A DNA stretch of 64,000 bases from an uncultured Planctomycetaceae bacterium (GCA_963815195.1 CAWFGE010000001.1:1-64000), one strand, 5' to 3'; counted from the stretch's first letter, positions 20,197 through 33,147 are shown. Translations and numbers: made by a program. Notes: a model not told the origin generated them from the sequence alone.

Positions 20197-20370
20197 CGTG
20201 TTGCTGGGAATCGGTCGCCGGGTAAAAGTGATTTGGCCGGCGTCGTCGATTGAGGATTCTTTCGGGGATTGTCCCGGAAGGCTTTTCAGTTCAAAACACG
20301 AGTCCGCCGGAAGTTTCCGGTTGATTGGGTCTTACACAATTTTATTGGTGAAGTAGGGGAAGGTGCCGCC

Positions 20371-21086
20371 ATGCCTGTCGGCCTCTTGGGAAAGAAAATC
20401 GGCAGTACGCAGATCTACGGGGAAGACGGCGAGTTGATCCCCGTGACGGTCATCGAGGCCGGGCCTTGCGTGGTTCTGCAGCTGCCGCACCAGGGACCGC
20501 GACGGCTACGAAGCCGTGCAGTTGGGTTTCGACGACAAGCCGGTCCGCCGCAAGGGGGACGAAGTCCAATCGCCCTCGCGGGCCGAGCGAGGCCACGTGC
20601 GGAACATCAAAAGCAAACGGCAAGAGCAGACTCCAGGCCGCGGGCGTCGAGCCGACCGCCAAAGCCGGCTGCGAAGCCAAAAGGTTCGTCCGCGAGTTCC
20701 GCACCGACGGCGAAACCCACGGGCTGGAAGTCGGCCAGAAGCTGGGCGTCGGGCACATGGCGGAGATCGGCTTCGTCGATGTCATCGGCACGTCCAAAGG
20801 CCGGGGCACGGCGGGCGTGATGAAGCGGCACAACTTCAGCGGCCAGCGGGCCAGCCACGGCGTCAAGCGGGTGCACCGGCATGGCGGTTCCATCGGGATG
20901 AGTGCCGACCCCTCGCGCGTCCTCAAGGGAACCCGTATGTCCGGCCGGTACGGAAACAGCCGCATCACCGTCCGCAACCTGAAAGTCGTGCGGGTTGACG
21001 AGGAAAACAACATGCTCCTTGTCAAAGGGGCCATTCCCGGCCCCAACGGCGGATACGTGATGATCCGCAAAACGAACAAACACTAA
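20371..21086 (+). CDS. rplC: 50S ribosomal protein L3 (apparent frameshifts ~20485 and ~20620)
   Basis: [46 protein letters not shown] across three frames. Confidence 0.95.
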
Positions 21087-21173
21087 AAAGGCGAGCGTGG
21101 GACGTAAGCCCCATGATTCCGGGATAAAAAACAACGCGCATTCGTCAAAGTTTCGTGGAAGAAGTGTGAAAAA

Positions 21174-21833
21174 ATGGCTTCCTTTGTTGTGTACAATGTG
21201 AGCGGTTCCGAGGTCGGCAGCTACGACTTCGACCCCGAGGAACTCGCTTCCTCCATCAATAAACAGTTGCTCCACGATGTGGTCGTGATGTACGAGGCCA
21301 ACAAACGCGTGGGCACCGCGCGGACCCGCTCGCGCGGCGAGGTCGTCGGGAGCACGAAAAAGCTCTACCGTCAAAAAGGAACGGGCCGAGCCCGGGCCGG
21401 GGCTCGCCGCACGCCGGTCCGCCGAGGCGGCGGCCACGCATTCGCGAAACGTCCGCGGGACTTCAGCTACCGCCTGCCCAAAAAGGCGGTCCGCCTCGCG
21501 ACGCGAATGGCCCTGCGAAGCAAATTCGACGACAGCCAGGTCATCATTCTGGACGGTCTCCATATCGGCGAAATCAAAACCAAGCCCATCGCCCAGATGG
21601 TGAAGGCGTTGGGTCTCGCGGGCACGCCGTCGCTGTTGGCGATTCCCGAATATCACCGCGAACTCTGGCTCTCCGCCCGGAACATCGTGGGGCTCCAGGT
21701 TTCGCCGGTGTTCGATTTGAACGCGTACGATTTGCTCCATCAGCATCATTTGATTATCACCAAGGACGCCTTGGACCGGTACCGCGAAGGCCGGCCCGCC
21801 CAGGCCGAGGCCGCGGAAGCCGCTTCCGCGTAA
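21174..21833 (+). CDS. rplD: 50S ribosomal protein L4
   Basis: GTARTRSRGEV, KLYRQKGTGRARAG, RGGG. Confidence 0.97.
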   Translation: MASFVVYNVSGSEVGSYDFDPEELASSINKQLLHDVVVMYEANKRVGTARTRSRGEVVGSTKKLYRQKGTGRARAGARRTPVRRGGGHAFAKRPRDFSYRLPKKAVRLATRMALRSKFDDSQVIILDGLHIGEIKTKPIAQMVKALGLAGTPSLLAIPEYHRELWLSARNIVGLQVSPVFDLNAYDLLHQHHLIITKDALDRYREGRPAQAEAAEAASA

Positions 21834-21904
21834 ATGTCAAAGATTAAAACATTCAACCGTAGCACGTGGAATCACAGAATCATCCGGTGGCCGAGGTTTG
21901 AGTT

Positions 21905-22213
21905 ATGAGTGACGGGGAAAAATCAAGTCTGGTGCTCGAGCCGTACCAGATTATTCTGCATCCGCTGGTGACGGAAAAGGGCACGCACCTGGCGACGGCG
22001 ACCAATTCCTACACGTTCGCCGTCAATCCGCTCGCCACCAAGAAGGACATCAAACGGGCGGTGGAGGCGCTCTGGGACGTCAAGGTCCACAAGGTGCGGA
22101 CCCAAAACCGCAAGGGCAAACCCCGCCGGTATAAGTTGGCGACGGGGCACACCAGCGACTGGAAGAAAGCCATCGTACAATTGGACGAAGAAGACCGCAT
22201 CGCGTTCTTCTAA
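21905..22213 (+). CDS. rplW: 50S ribosomal protein L23
   Basis: PLVTEK, YTFAV, IKRAVE, WKKAIV. Confidence 0.96.
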   Translation: MSDGEKSSLVLEPYQIILHPLVTEKGTHLATATNSYTFAVNPLATKKDIKRAVEALWDVKVHKVRTQNRKGKPRRYKLATGHTSDWKKAIVQLDEEDRIAFF

Positions 22214-22227
22214 ACTGGGCAGCTAAT

Positions 22228-22455
22228 AGCCGCGAAGCGGCGAAAGCCTGTAGCTGCGGGCGTCAGCCCGCAGGACTGAGGCTCGAATAAAAGTTGAAGC
22301 CGCGAAGCGGCGCTAGCAACGAATAACGTTAAAGGAAGAGTTCCTCCATTTTTCTCGAGGAATTGCTGTCGCCGCTACGCGGCTTGTGGTGTCTTCTTAG
22401 CATCCGTTCTGCGGGCTTACGCCCGCAAGCTAAATGCTGCCGCCGGTTCGCGACT
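22228..22455. repeat. ~225-bp palindromic REP/MITE-like element
   Basis: AGCCGCGAAGCGGCG twice, CTGCGGGCGTCAGCCCGCAG and inverted counterparts. Confidence 0.7.
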
Positions 22456-22506
22456 AAGACACCTCGACGAGATGACACGTCGGATTAATGCGAAGAAAGT
22501 GAAACC

Positions 22507-23366
22507 ATGGGGATTAAAGTTTACAAGCCGACCACGCCGGGCCGTCGAAACGCTTCGGTGAGCGACTTTGCGGACATCACCGACCGCAAAAAGAAGCCGG
22601 AGAAATCGCTGCTGATCCGCGCAAGAAAAAAGGCGGGCGGAACAATCAGGGCAAGATCACGTGCAGGCATCGCGGCGGCGGTCACAAGCGGATGTACCGC
22701 ATGATCGACTTCAAACGGAACAAGGACTCGGTCCCGGCCAAGGTCGCCTACATCGAATACGATCCCAACCGCTCCGCGAGGATTGCCCTCCTGCATTATG
22801 TGGACGGGGAAAAGCGGTACATTCTTGCTCCCAAGGGTTTGAAGGCGGGCGATACCGTTGTCAGCGGGAACGAGAACGTGGAGCCGAACGTCGGCAACTG
22901 CATGCCTCTCTCAAAAATCCCGCCGGGTACGAATATTCACAACATCGAAATGCGGCCGGGCCGGGGCGGGCAGTTGTGCCGGAGTGCCGGGGCGTCCGCC
23001 GTGATGAACGCCCGCGAAGAAAAATGGGCCCAGATCACGTTGCCTTCGGGTGAAGTTCGCCGGCTGCCCAGCGGCTGCCGGGCGACGGTGGGCGAAGTTG
23101 GCAATGCGGAACATAACAACATCGAACTCGGCAAAGCCGGGCGGAAACGCTGGATGGGCCGTCGGCCGCACGTGCGGGGCACTGCGATGAACCCCGTCGC
23201 GCACCCGATGGGCGGCGGTGAAGGCCGCAACTCCGGGGGCCGGCATCCGTGCAGCCCCACCGGCAAACTCGCCAAAGGCGGCCATACCCGCAAACGCCGG
23301 AAAGCCTCCTCGAAGGCCATCATCCGCCGCCGAAAGTCGCGCCGTTATGGGGTGCTGAAGGTTTGA
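22507..23366 (+). CDS. rplB: 50S ribosomal protein L2 (apparent frameshift ~22630)
   Basis: [46 protein letters not shown]. Confidence 0.96.
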
Positions 23367-23541
23367 TCGGTCAGTTCATCTGGCTGTTAAGTTGACAGAT
23401 AAGTAAATGAGGTTGGAGGATAGAGGTTAGAAAAAGACAAGAGGGCGAACCTCCAACTTCTAACGTCCATCCTCACATAAATAAACAATTCGCCCCCATC
23501 AGCGGGGAAGACACTGAACAACCAAGACACGAGGAAGCAAA

Positions 23542-23811
23542 ATGGGTCGCTCGAATAAAAAAGGCCCGTATGTGGATGAGGGGCTGTTGCAGAAGGTCGA
23601 TCGCCTGAACGCCTCCAACCGGAAGGAAGCGATCAAGACCTGGTCCCGCAGTTGCACGATTGTGCCGGAATTCATCGGGCATACGTTTCTCGTTCATAAC
23701 GGCCGCCACCATGTGAATGTGTACGTCACCGAAGACATGGTGGCCCATAAGTTGGGGGAGTTCGCTCCCACGCGGACGTTCCGCGGCCACGGTGCGAAAG
23801 GAAAGAGGTAG
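23542..23811 (+). CDS. rpsS: 30S ribosomal protein S19
   Basis: [23 protein letters not shown]. Confidence 0.97.
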   Translation: MGRSNKKGPYVDEGLLQKVDRLNASNRKEAIKTWSRSCTIVPEFIGHTFLVHNGRHHVNVYVTEDMVAHKLGEFAPTRTFRGHGAKGKR

Positions 23812-23815
23812 AGCT

Positions 23816-24157
23816 ATGGCGGAATTTCGAGCCACGCATCGCTACGCCCGGATCTCGGCGACCAAGGTGCGTCCGTTTGCCGACATGATTCGCGGAAAAA
23901 CCGCCCAGGAAGCCCTGGACGCGCTCCGCTACGTCCCCAACCGCGGGGCGAGGTTTTTGGAGAAGGTGCTCAAAAGCGCGATGGCGAACGCCGAGCACCG
24001 TAGCGTCCGCAATGTGGAACAATTGGTGATCAGCGAAGCCCGCGTGGACGGCGGGCCGATGTATAAACGGATTCGGCCCCGGGCCCGCGGGATGGCGTTC
24101 CTGGTCCGGCACCGCTCGGCCCACATCCACGTCGCCGTCAATGCGCCGGGCCATTGA
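23816..24157 (+). CDS. rplV: 50S ribosomal protein L22
   Basis: RISATKVR, LKSAMANAE, KRIRPRARG. Confidence 0.97.
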   Translation: MAEFRATHRYARISATKVRPFADMIRGKTAQEALDALRYVPNRGARFLEKVLKSAMANAEHRSVRNVEQLVISEARVDGGPMYKRIRPRARGMAFLVRHRSAHIHVAVNAPGH

Positions 24158-24488
24158 GATTCAAGTCGGGTGGGCATCGCCCACCGTAAACGGAATACAC
24201 TGAAGTCATCGGTGGGCGATGCCCGCCCTGCATAGGTAACCCAAGCCGACGGCTTTGCCGTCGGTTCCGACGCCAGAGGCGTCGGCTTGGGGGAGTCGAA
24301 TAGGAAATCGAACCGCCGAGGTCGAAAATGGTCCCGGTCGGTTGACGGGGGCGGACTCGATCGGCATAATTCCCGATCCCCAAATTTAGTAATCCGTAAC
24401 CCGAAGCGTCAGCGAGGGAAACCGTTTTTGTCCCTCCGAAGGCCCTTCGGGTTATCGCAAAGACAGCATTCAAAAGGAAACCCGTCAC

Positions 24489-25548
<1,060 letters not shown>

Positions 25549-25671
25549 TTGTAAAATCAGCCGCAGGGGGGTCCGCCCCGGTTTTTGTGGGCGAAGTGGA
25601 CGTGAACACCGTTCCGGCCGACCCCACTGTTATGAGTGTTATAAGGTATCGTGATACGGGAGTTTTGGCTG

Positions 25672-25872
25672 ATGACCAAGGCGAGCGAGCTGCGGGAAAT
25701 GTCGGACGAGCAGTTGGAGTTTTCGCTGAAGGAAACGCAGGACGAGTTGTTCCATCTGCGGTTCCAGGCGGCCACCGAACGGTTGGACGCTCCGAGTAAC
25801 CTCCGCCGCCTCCGCCGCGAGATTGCCCGGATCAAGACCCTCCAAACCGAACGGGCGATGAAAGAAGCCTAG
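25672..25872 (+). CDS. rpmC: 50S ribosomal protein L29
   Basis: [23 protein letters not shown]. Confidence 0.96.
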   Translation: MTKASELREMSDEQLEFSLKETQDELFHLRFQAATERLDAPSNLRRLRREIARIKTLQTERAMKEA

Positions 25873-26030
25873 GACAGGTCGTAGCGGCCGCTTTTGGCCG
25901 CCGAATTGAAGCGACGGCAAGATGCCGCCGCTACGGGCGTCGGAGAGGGTCGGTCAATGTGGGAAGATGTTTGGTTTCATCCGGTGGGCGGTGCCCACTT
26001 TGCTTTTTTGATTGTCGTGCGGCAGAGATT

Positions 26031-26333
26031 ATGAAGAAAAAACTCACGGGAACCGTCGTCAGCAACAAGATGAACAAGTCGTGCCGGGTGGACATCAAGC
26101 GGCTCTACCGCCATCCCAAGTACGGCAAGATTGTGCATGGGCGGACGGTGTGCCATGTGCACGATGAAAACAACACCTGCCAGGAAGGCGATCTGGTGGA
26201 GATCGTCGAATGCCGGCCCCGCTCGAAAACCAAGCGGTGGGAGCTGGTGCGGGTCGTAAAATCCGCGGCCGCGGCGGCGGGCTTGGAAGAGACCGGCCAG
26301 GAAACGCCGGCGGCGGAGCAAGCGGAAGCTTGA
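26031..26333 (+). CDS. rpsQ: 30S ribosomal protein S17
   Basis: [32 protein letters not shown]. Confidence 0.97.
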   Translation: MKKKLTGTVVSNKMNKSCRVDIKRLYRHPKYGKIVHGRTVCHVHDENNTCQEGDLVEIVECRPRSKTKRWELVRVVKSAAAAAGLEETGQETPAAEQAEA

Positions 26334-26411
26334 ATTCACTGTGTTGGAAGCCATTTGGCATAAAACAAATTGGTGTTTCGCCCGGGTGGCGAGGGTGAAG
26401 GACATAAAAAC

Positions 26412-26795
26412 ATGATTCAGATGCAAACAACGCTCGATGTGGCCGACAATTCGGGGGCGAAAGTCGCCCGGTGCATCAAGGTGCTGGGCGGATCGCGGAA
26501 GCGGACGGCCGGTCTGGGCGACATCGTGGTGGTCAGTATCATCAAAGCCCTGCCGGGCAGCCCTTATACCGATAAGCGCAACAAAGCCGCCCGCGTCACG
26601 CGGGGTGTGATCGTCCGCTGCAAAAAGCCGACCCGCCGGCCCGACGGCAGCTACGTCCGCTTCGACCGCAACGCGATCGTGCTGGTGGACAACGACGGCA
26701 ATCCGCGGGGCACCCGGATTTTCGGCGCGGTCGCCCGGGAACTCCGCGATCGGCGGTTCATGAAAATTATCAGCCTGGCCAGCGAGGTCGTTTAG
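26412..26795 (+). CDS. rplN: 50S ribosomal protein L14
   Basis: [27 protein letters not shown]. Confidence 0.97.
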   Translation: MIQMQTTLDVADNSGAKVARCIKVLGGSRKRTAGLGDIVVVSIIKALPGSPYTDKRNKAARVTRGVIVRCKKPTRRPDGSYVRFDRNAIVLVDNDGNPRGTRIFGAVARELRDRRFMKIISLASEVV

Positions 26796-26797
26796 TT

Positions 26798-27148
26798 ATG
26801 AAAATCCATCGAGGCGATTCTGTCATTGTAATTTGCGGCAACGATGCCGGCCCCACGCCGCACCGCGTCGTTCAAATCGTGGACGGCGACAAGGTGATGA
26901 TCGAAGGCGTGAACCGGGTGCTCAAGCACGTCCGCAAAGGCCATCCGCGGAGTCCGCAGGGCGGCCGGTTGACGCTCGAAAAGCCGATTCATATTTCGAA
27001 CGTCATGTACTACTGCCCCAGTTGTGCCAAGGGGACCCGCGTCGGCTACCGCTACGCGGCGGATGGCAGCAAAGAGCGGTTTTGCAAATCCTGCGGAGCC
27101 TCCGCGGGAACCATCAGCCCGCCCCGGGCCAAGTATGCAAAACAATAA
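26798..27148 (+). CDS. rplX: 50S ribosomal protein L24
   Basis: GDSVIVI.G.D.G, EGVN, PIHISNVM; CxxC..CxxC present. Confidence 0.95.
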   Translation: MKIHRGDSVIVICGNDAGPTPHRVVQIVDGDKVMIEGVNRVLKHVRKGHPRSPQGGRLTLEKPIHISNVMYYCPSCAKGTRVGYRYAADGSKERFCKSCGASAGTISPPRAKYAKQ

Positions 27149-27236
27149 AATGGCGAGCGTGGGGCGTCAGCCCCATGATCCCGATAAGAAATGCGTTAGC
27201 AATCTCAACACCTTATTAACACAGTCGGTTCGCGTT

Positions 27237-27780
27237 ATGGCTCGGTTACAGGAAGAATTTCAAAGCCGGATTGTCCCGGCCCTCAAACAGCAGCTGGGCC
27301 GGGAAAACGCTCACGCGCTGCCCCGGCTCGAAAAAGTCGTGGTGAGCATGGGCGTGGGGACGGCCATCCAGGACCGCAAGCACCTGGACGAAGCGGTGCA
27401 ACACCTGCAGCAGCTTCTCCGGCCAAAAACCCCAAATCTGCCGCTCGAAGCGGGCGGTGTCTTCGTTCCGGCTTCGCGTCGGGATGGAAATCGGCTGCCG
27501 GGTAACGCTGCGGGGCCGGCGGATGTATGAGTTTGTAGATCGGCTGATCACGCTGGCGCTGCCGCGGGTTCGCGACTTTCGCGGCCTGAATCCCGACGCC
27601 TTCGACGGCCGGGGCAACTACAGCCTGGGCCTTAGCGAACAACTCGTGTTCCCGGAAATCAACGCCGACAAAGTCAGCCACATGCAAGGCATGAACATCA
27701 CGTTCGTGACCAGCGCCAAAACGAACGAAGAAGGCGAACTCCTGCTCCGCGAACTCGGCTTGCCCTTGCGTCCGCGGTAG
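27237..27780 (+). CDS. rplE: 50S ribosomal protein L5 (apparent frameshift ~27415)
   Basis: [40 protein letters not shown]. Confidence 0.95.
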
Positions 27781-27830
27781 TTTGGGGAATCGATCGCCGT
27801 CCATTTTTGAATAGTCACCCCATAAGAGAG

Positions 27831-27908
27831 TGAGGATAGAAGTTAGAGGATGGAGGTTAGAAAAATGCCAAATCAGAATCTAACCTCGATCCTCCAGCCT
27901 CTATCCTC
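27831..27908. repeat. Inverted heptamer-repeat hairpin (GAGGATA/GAGGTTA-type); related copy at 23409-23473
   Basis: GAGGATAGAAGTTAGAGGATGGAGGTTAG ... CTAACCTCGATCCTCCAGCCTCTATCCTC. Confidence 0.7.
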
Positions 27909-27978
27909 ACCATGAAGTTAATTCGTTCTGAATTGTGAAGAAACTGAGTTAGCAGTTAATCGAAGGAAGCAACGACCG

Positions 27979-28374
27979 ATGATGACCGACCCGATCGCTG
28001 ATTTGTTGACGCGCATTCGCAATGCGGTTCGGATCGAGCGTCCGTACGTGGACATCCCGGCGTCCAAAGTCAAAGTGGCCATCGCGGAGACTTTGAAGCG
28101 GGAAGGCTACATTTGGGACCACGAGATCGTCGAGCAGCCGCCGCAGAACGTCTTGCGGATCAACCTGAAATACGGACCCAACGGTGAAAAAGTCATCCAG
28201 CACATCGAGCGGGTGAGCAAACCGGGCCGCCGGCAATACTGCCAGCACACGGAAATCCCCGAAGTGCTCCAGGGGCTGGGCGTTTGCGTAATGTCCACGA
28301 ACCAAGGCGTTTTGAGCAACCGCGAAGCCAAGGCCAAGGGCGTCGGCGGCGAAGTGCTCTGCAGAGTCTGGTAA
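27979..28374 (+). CDS. rpsH: 30S ribosomal protein S8
   Basis: TDPIADLLTRIRNA, RVSKPGRR, GGEVLC. Confidence 0.97.
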   Translation: MMTDPIADLLTRIRNAVRIERPYVDIPASKVKVAIAETLKREGYIWDHEIVEQPPQNVLRINLKYGPNGEKVIQHIERVSKPGRRQYCQHTEIPEVLQGLGVCVMSTNQGVLSNREAKAKGVGGEVLCRVW

Positions 28375-28439
28375 ACTCGGCCGGCGATCGATCGCCCGGC
28401 CTTTTGGAATCAAACAGTTTGGCCTAAGCGAACAGAACC

Positions 28440-28988
28440 ATGTCACGAATCGGAAAACAACCAGTGGTCGTTCCCGACGGGGTGGATGTGACCGTGAATA
28501 ACGGCACGATCACCATCAAGGGCAAAAACGGCGAGTTGCCTTTCACCTATCATCAAAAGATGAAGGTGGAATACGACACGGATGCGCGGAAAATCGTGGT
28601 CATCCGGCCCGACGACCTGCGCGAAAGCCGGGCGCTCCACGGCTTGACGCGGAGCCTGATCCAGAACATGGTCGAAGGCGTGGTCAAACCGTTTGAAAAA
28701 CGGCTGGAAATCCAGGGGGTGGGCTATAACGCTCAACTCGTGGGGAACACGCTCCGGCTGACCGTCGGGTTTGCGAACACGGTGGAACTGGAAGTGCCCC
28801 AGGGCGTGACCTGCGAAGTGCCCAACCCGACCAACGTCATCGTCAGAAGCGCCGACAAGCAAGCCGTCGGACAGTTCGCCGCGAACATTCGCCGCGTCCG
28901 TCCGCCGGAACCGTATAAAGGCAAGGGCATCCGGTATCAGGGAGAGCACATCCGCCGCAAGGCCGGCAAAGCCTTCGGGGCGAAGTAG
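28440..28988 (+). CDS. rplF: 50S ribosomal protein L6
   Basis: MSRIGKQP, RPPEPYKGKGIRY. Confidence 0.97.
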   Translation: MSRIGKQPVVVPDGVDVTVNNGTITIKGKNGELPFTYHQKMKVEYDTDARKIVVIRPDDLRESRALHGLTRSLIQNMVEGVVKPFEKRLEIQGVGYNAQLVGNTLRLTVGFANTVELEVPQGVTCEVPNPTNVIVRSADKQAVGQFAANIRRVRPPEPYKGKGIRYQGEHIRRKAGKAFGAK

Positions 28989-29141
28989 TCGTTTCAGTTA
29001 CAACGTGTTTCAAAATCTGAGCGGTAGGCGCTAGCCTCCGGTTTCGATCAAATCGATATTCCCAAAGTCAAGACCGGCGGCTACGCGCCGTACCGCTCAC
29101 GTTTCCAGATGAATACATTATTTTGACATCGGTTCGATCCC

Positions 29142-29513
29142 ATGAGCGTCAATCATCGACTGGCAAAGCGTATTACTCGGCGGCGGTTTCGCGTTCGCAA
29201 TGGCGTACGGCGTGCGGCGAACGGCCGGCCTCGGCTGTCCGTGTTCCGCAGCAACAAGCACATTTACGCCCAAATCATCGATGACGCCGAGGGCCGAACG
29301 CTGGTCTCGGCGAGTACGATGGAAAAAGACGTGGCCGGTGCGGGCAGTTACGGGGGCAACAAGGAATTCGCCGCGAAGATTGGAAAAATCGTGGCCGAAC
29401 GCGCGATCGAGCAGGGTATCAAAGAGGTCGTCTTCGACCGGGGTCCGTATCAATACCACGGCCGAGTCGCGGCGCTCGCCGAAGCCGCCCGCGAAGCGGG
29501 ATTGCAGTTTTAG
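29142..29513 (+). CDS. rplR: 50S ribosomal protein L18
   Basis: [30 protein letters not shown]. Confidence 0.97.
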   Translation: MSVNHRLAKRITRRRFRVRNGVRRAANGRPRLSVFRSNKHIYAQIIDDAEGRTLVSASTMEKDVAGAGSYGGNKEFAAKIGKIVAERAIEQGIKEVVFDRGPYQYHGRVAALAEAAREAGLQF

Positions 29514-29560
29514 AACCGAACACCGAAACCTGAAAACTTTCGAGCATTGGAGTCAATCGC

Positions 29561-30037
29561 ATGTCCAGTGACGTGCAGTCAAGTCCCGAAAAGGTCGTCC
29601 AGATTCGCCGGTGTGCGTGCGTGGTCAAGGGCGGCCGGCGGTTTAGTTTCACGGCGCTCGTGGTCGTGGGCAACGGCAACGGCAACGTGGGCTGGGGCTA
29701 CGGAAAGGCCGTCGAGGTCCCGCTGGCGGTCGAAAAGGCCACCAAGCAGGCCAACCGCAGCCAGGTCCGCGTGCCGGTGGTGGGAACCACCATCCCGCAT
29801 CAGGTGACGGGCGTGTTCCGCTCGTCGAAGGTGCTGCTCTTGCCGGCCAAGCCGGGGACGGGCATCATTGCCGGGGAAGCGGTGCGGTCCGTTGTGGAAT
29901 CCGCCGGGATCACCGATATTCTCACCAAGAGCTTCGGGTCGAACAATCCGATGAACCTCGTCAAAGCGACCTTTGAAGGGCTCAAGCAGCTGCGGACCCG
30001 CGACGACGTGGCCCGGCTGCGGGGAGTGGAACTCTAA
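29561..30037 (+). CDS. rpsE: 30S ribosomal protein S5
   Basis: [25 protein letters not shown]. Confidence 0.97.
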   Translation: MSSDVQSSPEKVVQIRRCACVVKGGRRFSFTALVVVGNGNGNVGWGYGKAVEVPLAVEKATKQANRSQVRVPVVGTTIPHQVTGVFRSSKVLLLPAKPGTGIIAGEAVRSVVESAGITDILTKSFGSNNPMNLVKATFEGLKQLRTRDDVARLRGVEL

Positions 30038-30510
30038 TGATTATAAACGACGTCCATCAAGGCATTAAAAAAAACAAGCCGCGAAAGCGGATCGGCCGCG
30101 GGATCGGTTCGGGGCACGGCAAAACGGCCGGCCGGGGCCACAAGGGCTACTACAGCCGGGCGGGGGCCAGCCGCCGCACGGGATTTGAAGGCGGCCAAAT
30201 GCCCATGGCCCGCCGGATTGCGAAGCGGGGCTTCAACAACCGCCAATTCGCCGACGAGGTGGTGATTGTGAATCTGTCCACCCTCGAGCAGAACTTCGAG
30301 AACGGGGAAACCGTCAACCGGGCGACTCTCGCGGAAAAACGGATCCTCAAAGGCCGGTACGACGTGCTCAAGGTGCTGGGCAAGGGAAAATTGACGAAAA
30401 AACTGACCGTGGAAGCCGACCGATTTTCCAAGTCCGCCAAGGAAGCCATCGCCTCCGCCGGAGGCACCGCCACGGAAGTGGTTCAAGAAACCGAAGAAAC
30501 GAACGAATAA
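30037..30510 (+). CDS. rplO: 50S ribosomal protein L15
   Basis: [27 protein letters not shown]. Confidence 0.97.
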   Translation: MIINDVHQGIKKNKPRKRIGRGIGSGHGKTAGRGHKGYYSRAGASRRTGFEGGQMPMARRIAKRGFNNRQFADEVVIVNLSTLEQNFENGETVNRATLAEKRILKGRYDVLKVLGKGKLTKKLTVEADRFSKSAKEAIASAGGTATEVVQETEETNE

Positions 30511-30902
30511 GAGGCTCTCCGAAAACGAGCTCGCCGTCAGAGCAAAACTTTGAGTTGAAGAATTAGCCGCAGGGGGCACCGCCCGCAGGGTGGTCCGCCC
30601 CGGTTTTCGTGGACCAAGTGGACGTTAGTAGGTTCCAGCCGATCCACTTTTGCGAAGGTTGGTGACCCTTGCTTGCGTTTCGAGCGAATTGGAAGAAGCA
30701 AGTTTTCAGATAGGTTCTAATTTCATTTTTTCCAGATAAATCGAGAAATCTGGCGAAAGGGACATCGCCCGAGAGCGAATGGCGAAAGAGTGGTTTCTCT
30801 GTTTGTTTCGTCTTCGTTCCGCGGTGACGGCCATCAAAACCTCCCGGCGTAAAACGTTTCCCGGACCCAAAGCCGCACCTGCCCCCAAGGACTCTGGATG
30901 AT

Positions 30903-32301
30903 ATGTTTGGCAAACTGTTTACTGTTTTCAAAGTTCCCGAGCTGCGTCAGCGAATCCTGCTGACGCTCGGTCTGTTGGCGATCTATCGCATGGGGTTTTC
31001 GATCCCGTTGCCGTTCATCGATCAGCAGGCGCTCGTGGAACGCATGCAGGACATGACCAAGGGCGGCGAAGGCGGCCTGGGGCAGGTCATGCAGATCGTC
31101 GCGCTGTTTTCCGCCTCGAACATCGGCAACAGCACGATTTTCGGCCTGGGGATCATGCCCTATATCTCGGCCTCGATTATCTTCCAGCTCTTAGGCAGCG
31201 TTTATCCGCCGCTGGAAAAACTCCAAAAGGAAGGCGAAGCCGGCCGGCGGAAAATCAATGAATACACCCGTTTGGCAACCGTCATCATCTGCCTCGGCCA
31301 AAGCTGGTTCTGGCTGCAGGCGCTGAGCGCCGGCTTCGGCACCGGCGGGGGTTTGATCCTGCCCGGATTTGACAACGTGTTCTTCATGCTGGCGGGCACG
31401 ATTACGATGACCACCGGCACGATCTTTTTGATGTGGGTCGGGGAGCAGATCGACGCCTACGGCATCGGCAACGGGATCAGCCTGCTCATCATGGCCGGCA
31501 TCCTGGCCCGCATGCCGCAACGCCGCGATGGACATGCTCTCGCCCGCCTTCACCCAAGGCGTGAAGTTGGGCAGCGACACCGGCATCGAGCGGTTTCTGC
31601 TGTTGGGGTCGCTGTTTGTGTTTGTCGTGGTCTGGGTAATTGCGATCACCAAAGGCGAACGGCGGATTCCGATCCAGTCAGCCAAGCACGTTCGCGGCCG
31701 GCGGGTGATGGGCGGACAACGGCAGCACCTCCCGCTCCGCGTGAACCAGGCCGGCGTGATGCCGATCATCTTCGCCTCCAGTCTGTTGATGTTCCCCTAC
31801 TTTCTGTTCAGCAATCTCTCGAAATTCTGGCCGCCGGGGATCTATGAAGAAGGGGCGTTCTACTACTATTGGAGCCACATGATCGCGAACATCGACGCCG
31901 CGTTTGCCGGCCGCGGTTATGTTTACAACTTGTGCTACGTCGCCTTGATTTACTTCTTCTGTTACTTCTGGACCGCGATCACCTTCAATCCGAAGGACAT
32001 GGCGGAGCAGCTCAAGGACTACGGCAGTTTCATTCCGGGTTATCGCCCCGGTGACCGGACGGCCGCCTATCTGGAGCAGGTGATGGTCCGCATTACCTAT
32101 GTGGGGGCGGCGTTTTTGGCCATCGTGGCGATCATTCCCACGATCGTCGCCACGTCGCTGGGGATCCCGTTCCTCATCGCCAGCTTTTACGGGGGCACCG
32201 GGCTGTTGATCGTCGTGTCGGTCTGCCTGGACCTCGTGCAAAAAATCGACAGTCATTTGACAATGCGAAACTATCCGGGGCTGTTGGATGTGGATAGCTA
32301 A
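30903..32301 (+). CDS. secY: Preprotein translocase SecY (apparent frameshift ~31520)
   Basis: IFGLGIMPYISASII, GIGNGISLLI, NQAGVMPIIFA, FIPGYRPG, GGTGLLIVV. Confidence 0.96.
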
Positions 32302-32329
32302 CTCCGGCCCGGTTCAGGGCTTGGGTTGG

Positions 32330-32359
32330 TTGTCTCCGGCGTGTTGTCATGTGTATAAT
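32330..32359 (+). promoter_or_regulatory. Possible sigma70 promoter for rpmJ-rpsM-rpsK-rpoA-rplQ
   Basis: TTGTCT-N18-TATAAT upstream of rpmJ. Confidence 0.45.
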
Positions 32360-32395
32360 TTCCCTCCAGCCCCGCGAACCCCGATAGGTTAAGTC

Positions 32396-32512
32396 ATGAA
32401 AGTTCGTTCAAGCGTCAAGCGGATTTGTGAAAGATGCAAGATCGTCCGTCGTAAAGGGAAGGTCTACGTGATCTGTTCCGCCAATCCGCGCCACAAACAA
32501 CGCCAAGGCTGA
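32396..32512 (+). CDS. rpmJ: 50S ribosomal protein L36 (Zn-binding form; absent from ORF track)
   Basis: [38 protein letters not shown]. Confidence 0.97.
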   Translation: MKVRSSVKRICERCKIVRRKGKVYVICSANPRHKQRQG

Positions 32513-32627
32513 TCGCGCAAACCGGCCCGAAGCGCAAGCGAAGGAAAAATCAAAAATCCCTCGCTTGCGGGCTAGTGAAACACAAAAACACCCAAAGCCA
32601 TCATTCGCTCGCAGGAGTTTACGAACC

Positions 32628-33032
32628 ATGCCCCGTTTACAGGGTGTCGACGTTCCCAACAACAAACCCACGTACATTTCCCTGACCTACTTGTATGGGA
32701 TCGGTCAGCGGACGGCGATCGAGATCTGCCACAATCTGGGCGTCAACTCGCACACCAAGGCGAAGGATCTCACCGACGATGAGCTCGCCCGCATCAACAA
32801 CTTCCTGGATAAGGGCACGGTTTTCGACAAGGAGTTGATCGTCGAAGGGCAGTTGCGGCGGACCATTCAGCAGGACATCGCCCGCCTGCGGGACATCAGT
32901 TGCTACCGGGGCATCCGGCACCGCCGGGGACTGCCCGCCCGCGGCCAGCGAACCCGCACCAACGCCCGCACCCGTAAAGGGGCCAAAAAGACCGTGGCGG
33001 GCAAGAAAGGCGTCAAGGACATGCGGCACTAA
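32628..33032 (+). CDS. rpsM: 30S ribosomal protein S13
   Basis: LTYLYGIG, YRGIRHRRGLP.RGQRTRTNART. Confidence 0.97.
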   Translation: MPRLQGVDVPNNKPTYISLTYLYGIGQRTAIEICHNLGVNSHTKAKDLTDDELARINNFLDKGTVFDKELIVEGQLRRTIQQDIARLRDISCYRGIRHRRGLPARGQRTRTNARTRKGAKKTVAGKKGVKDMRH

Positions 33033-33147
33033 GAGAGTCGCCCTTCGCTCCGCGAACGGAGGCAGACCACCCGTCGGCGATTTTTTCGGATCAGGTTCCT
33101 CTTCCACAGTTTTTCAGGCACAAACCGGTTTATAGGAAGCAGTCTCC

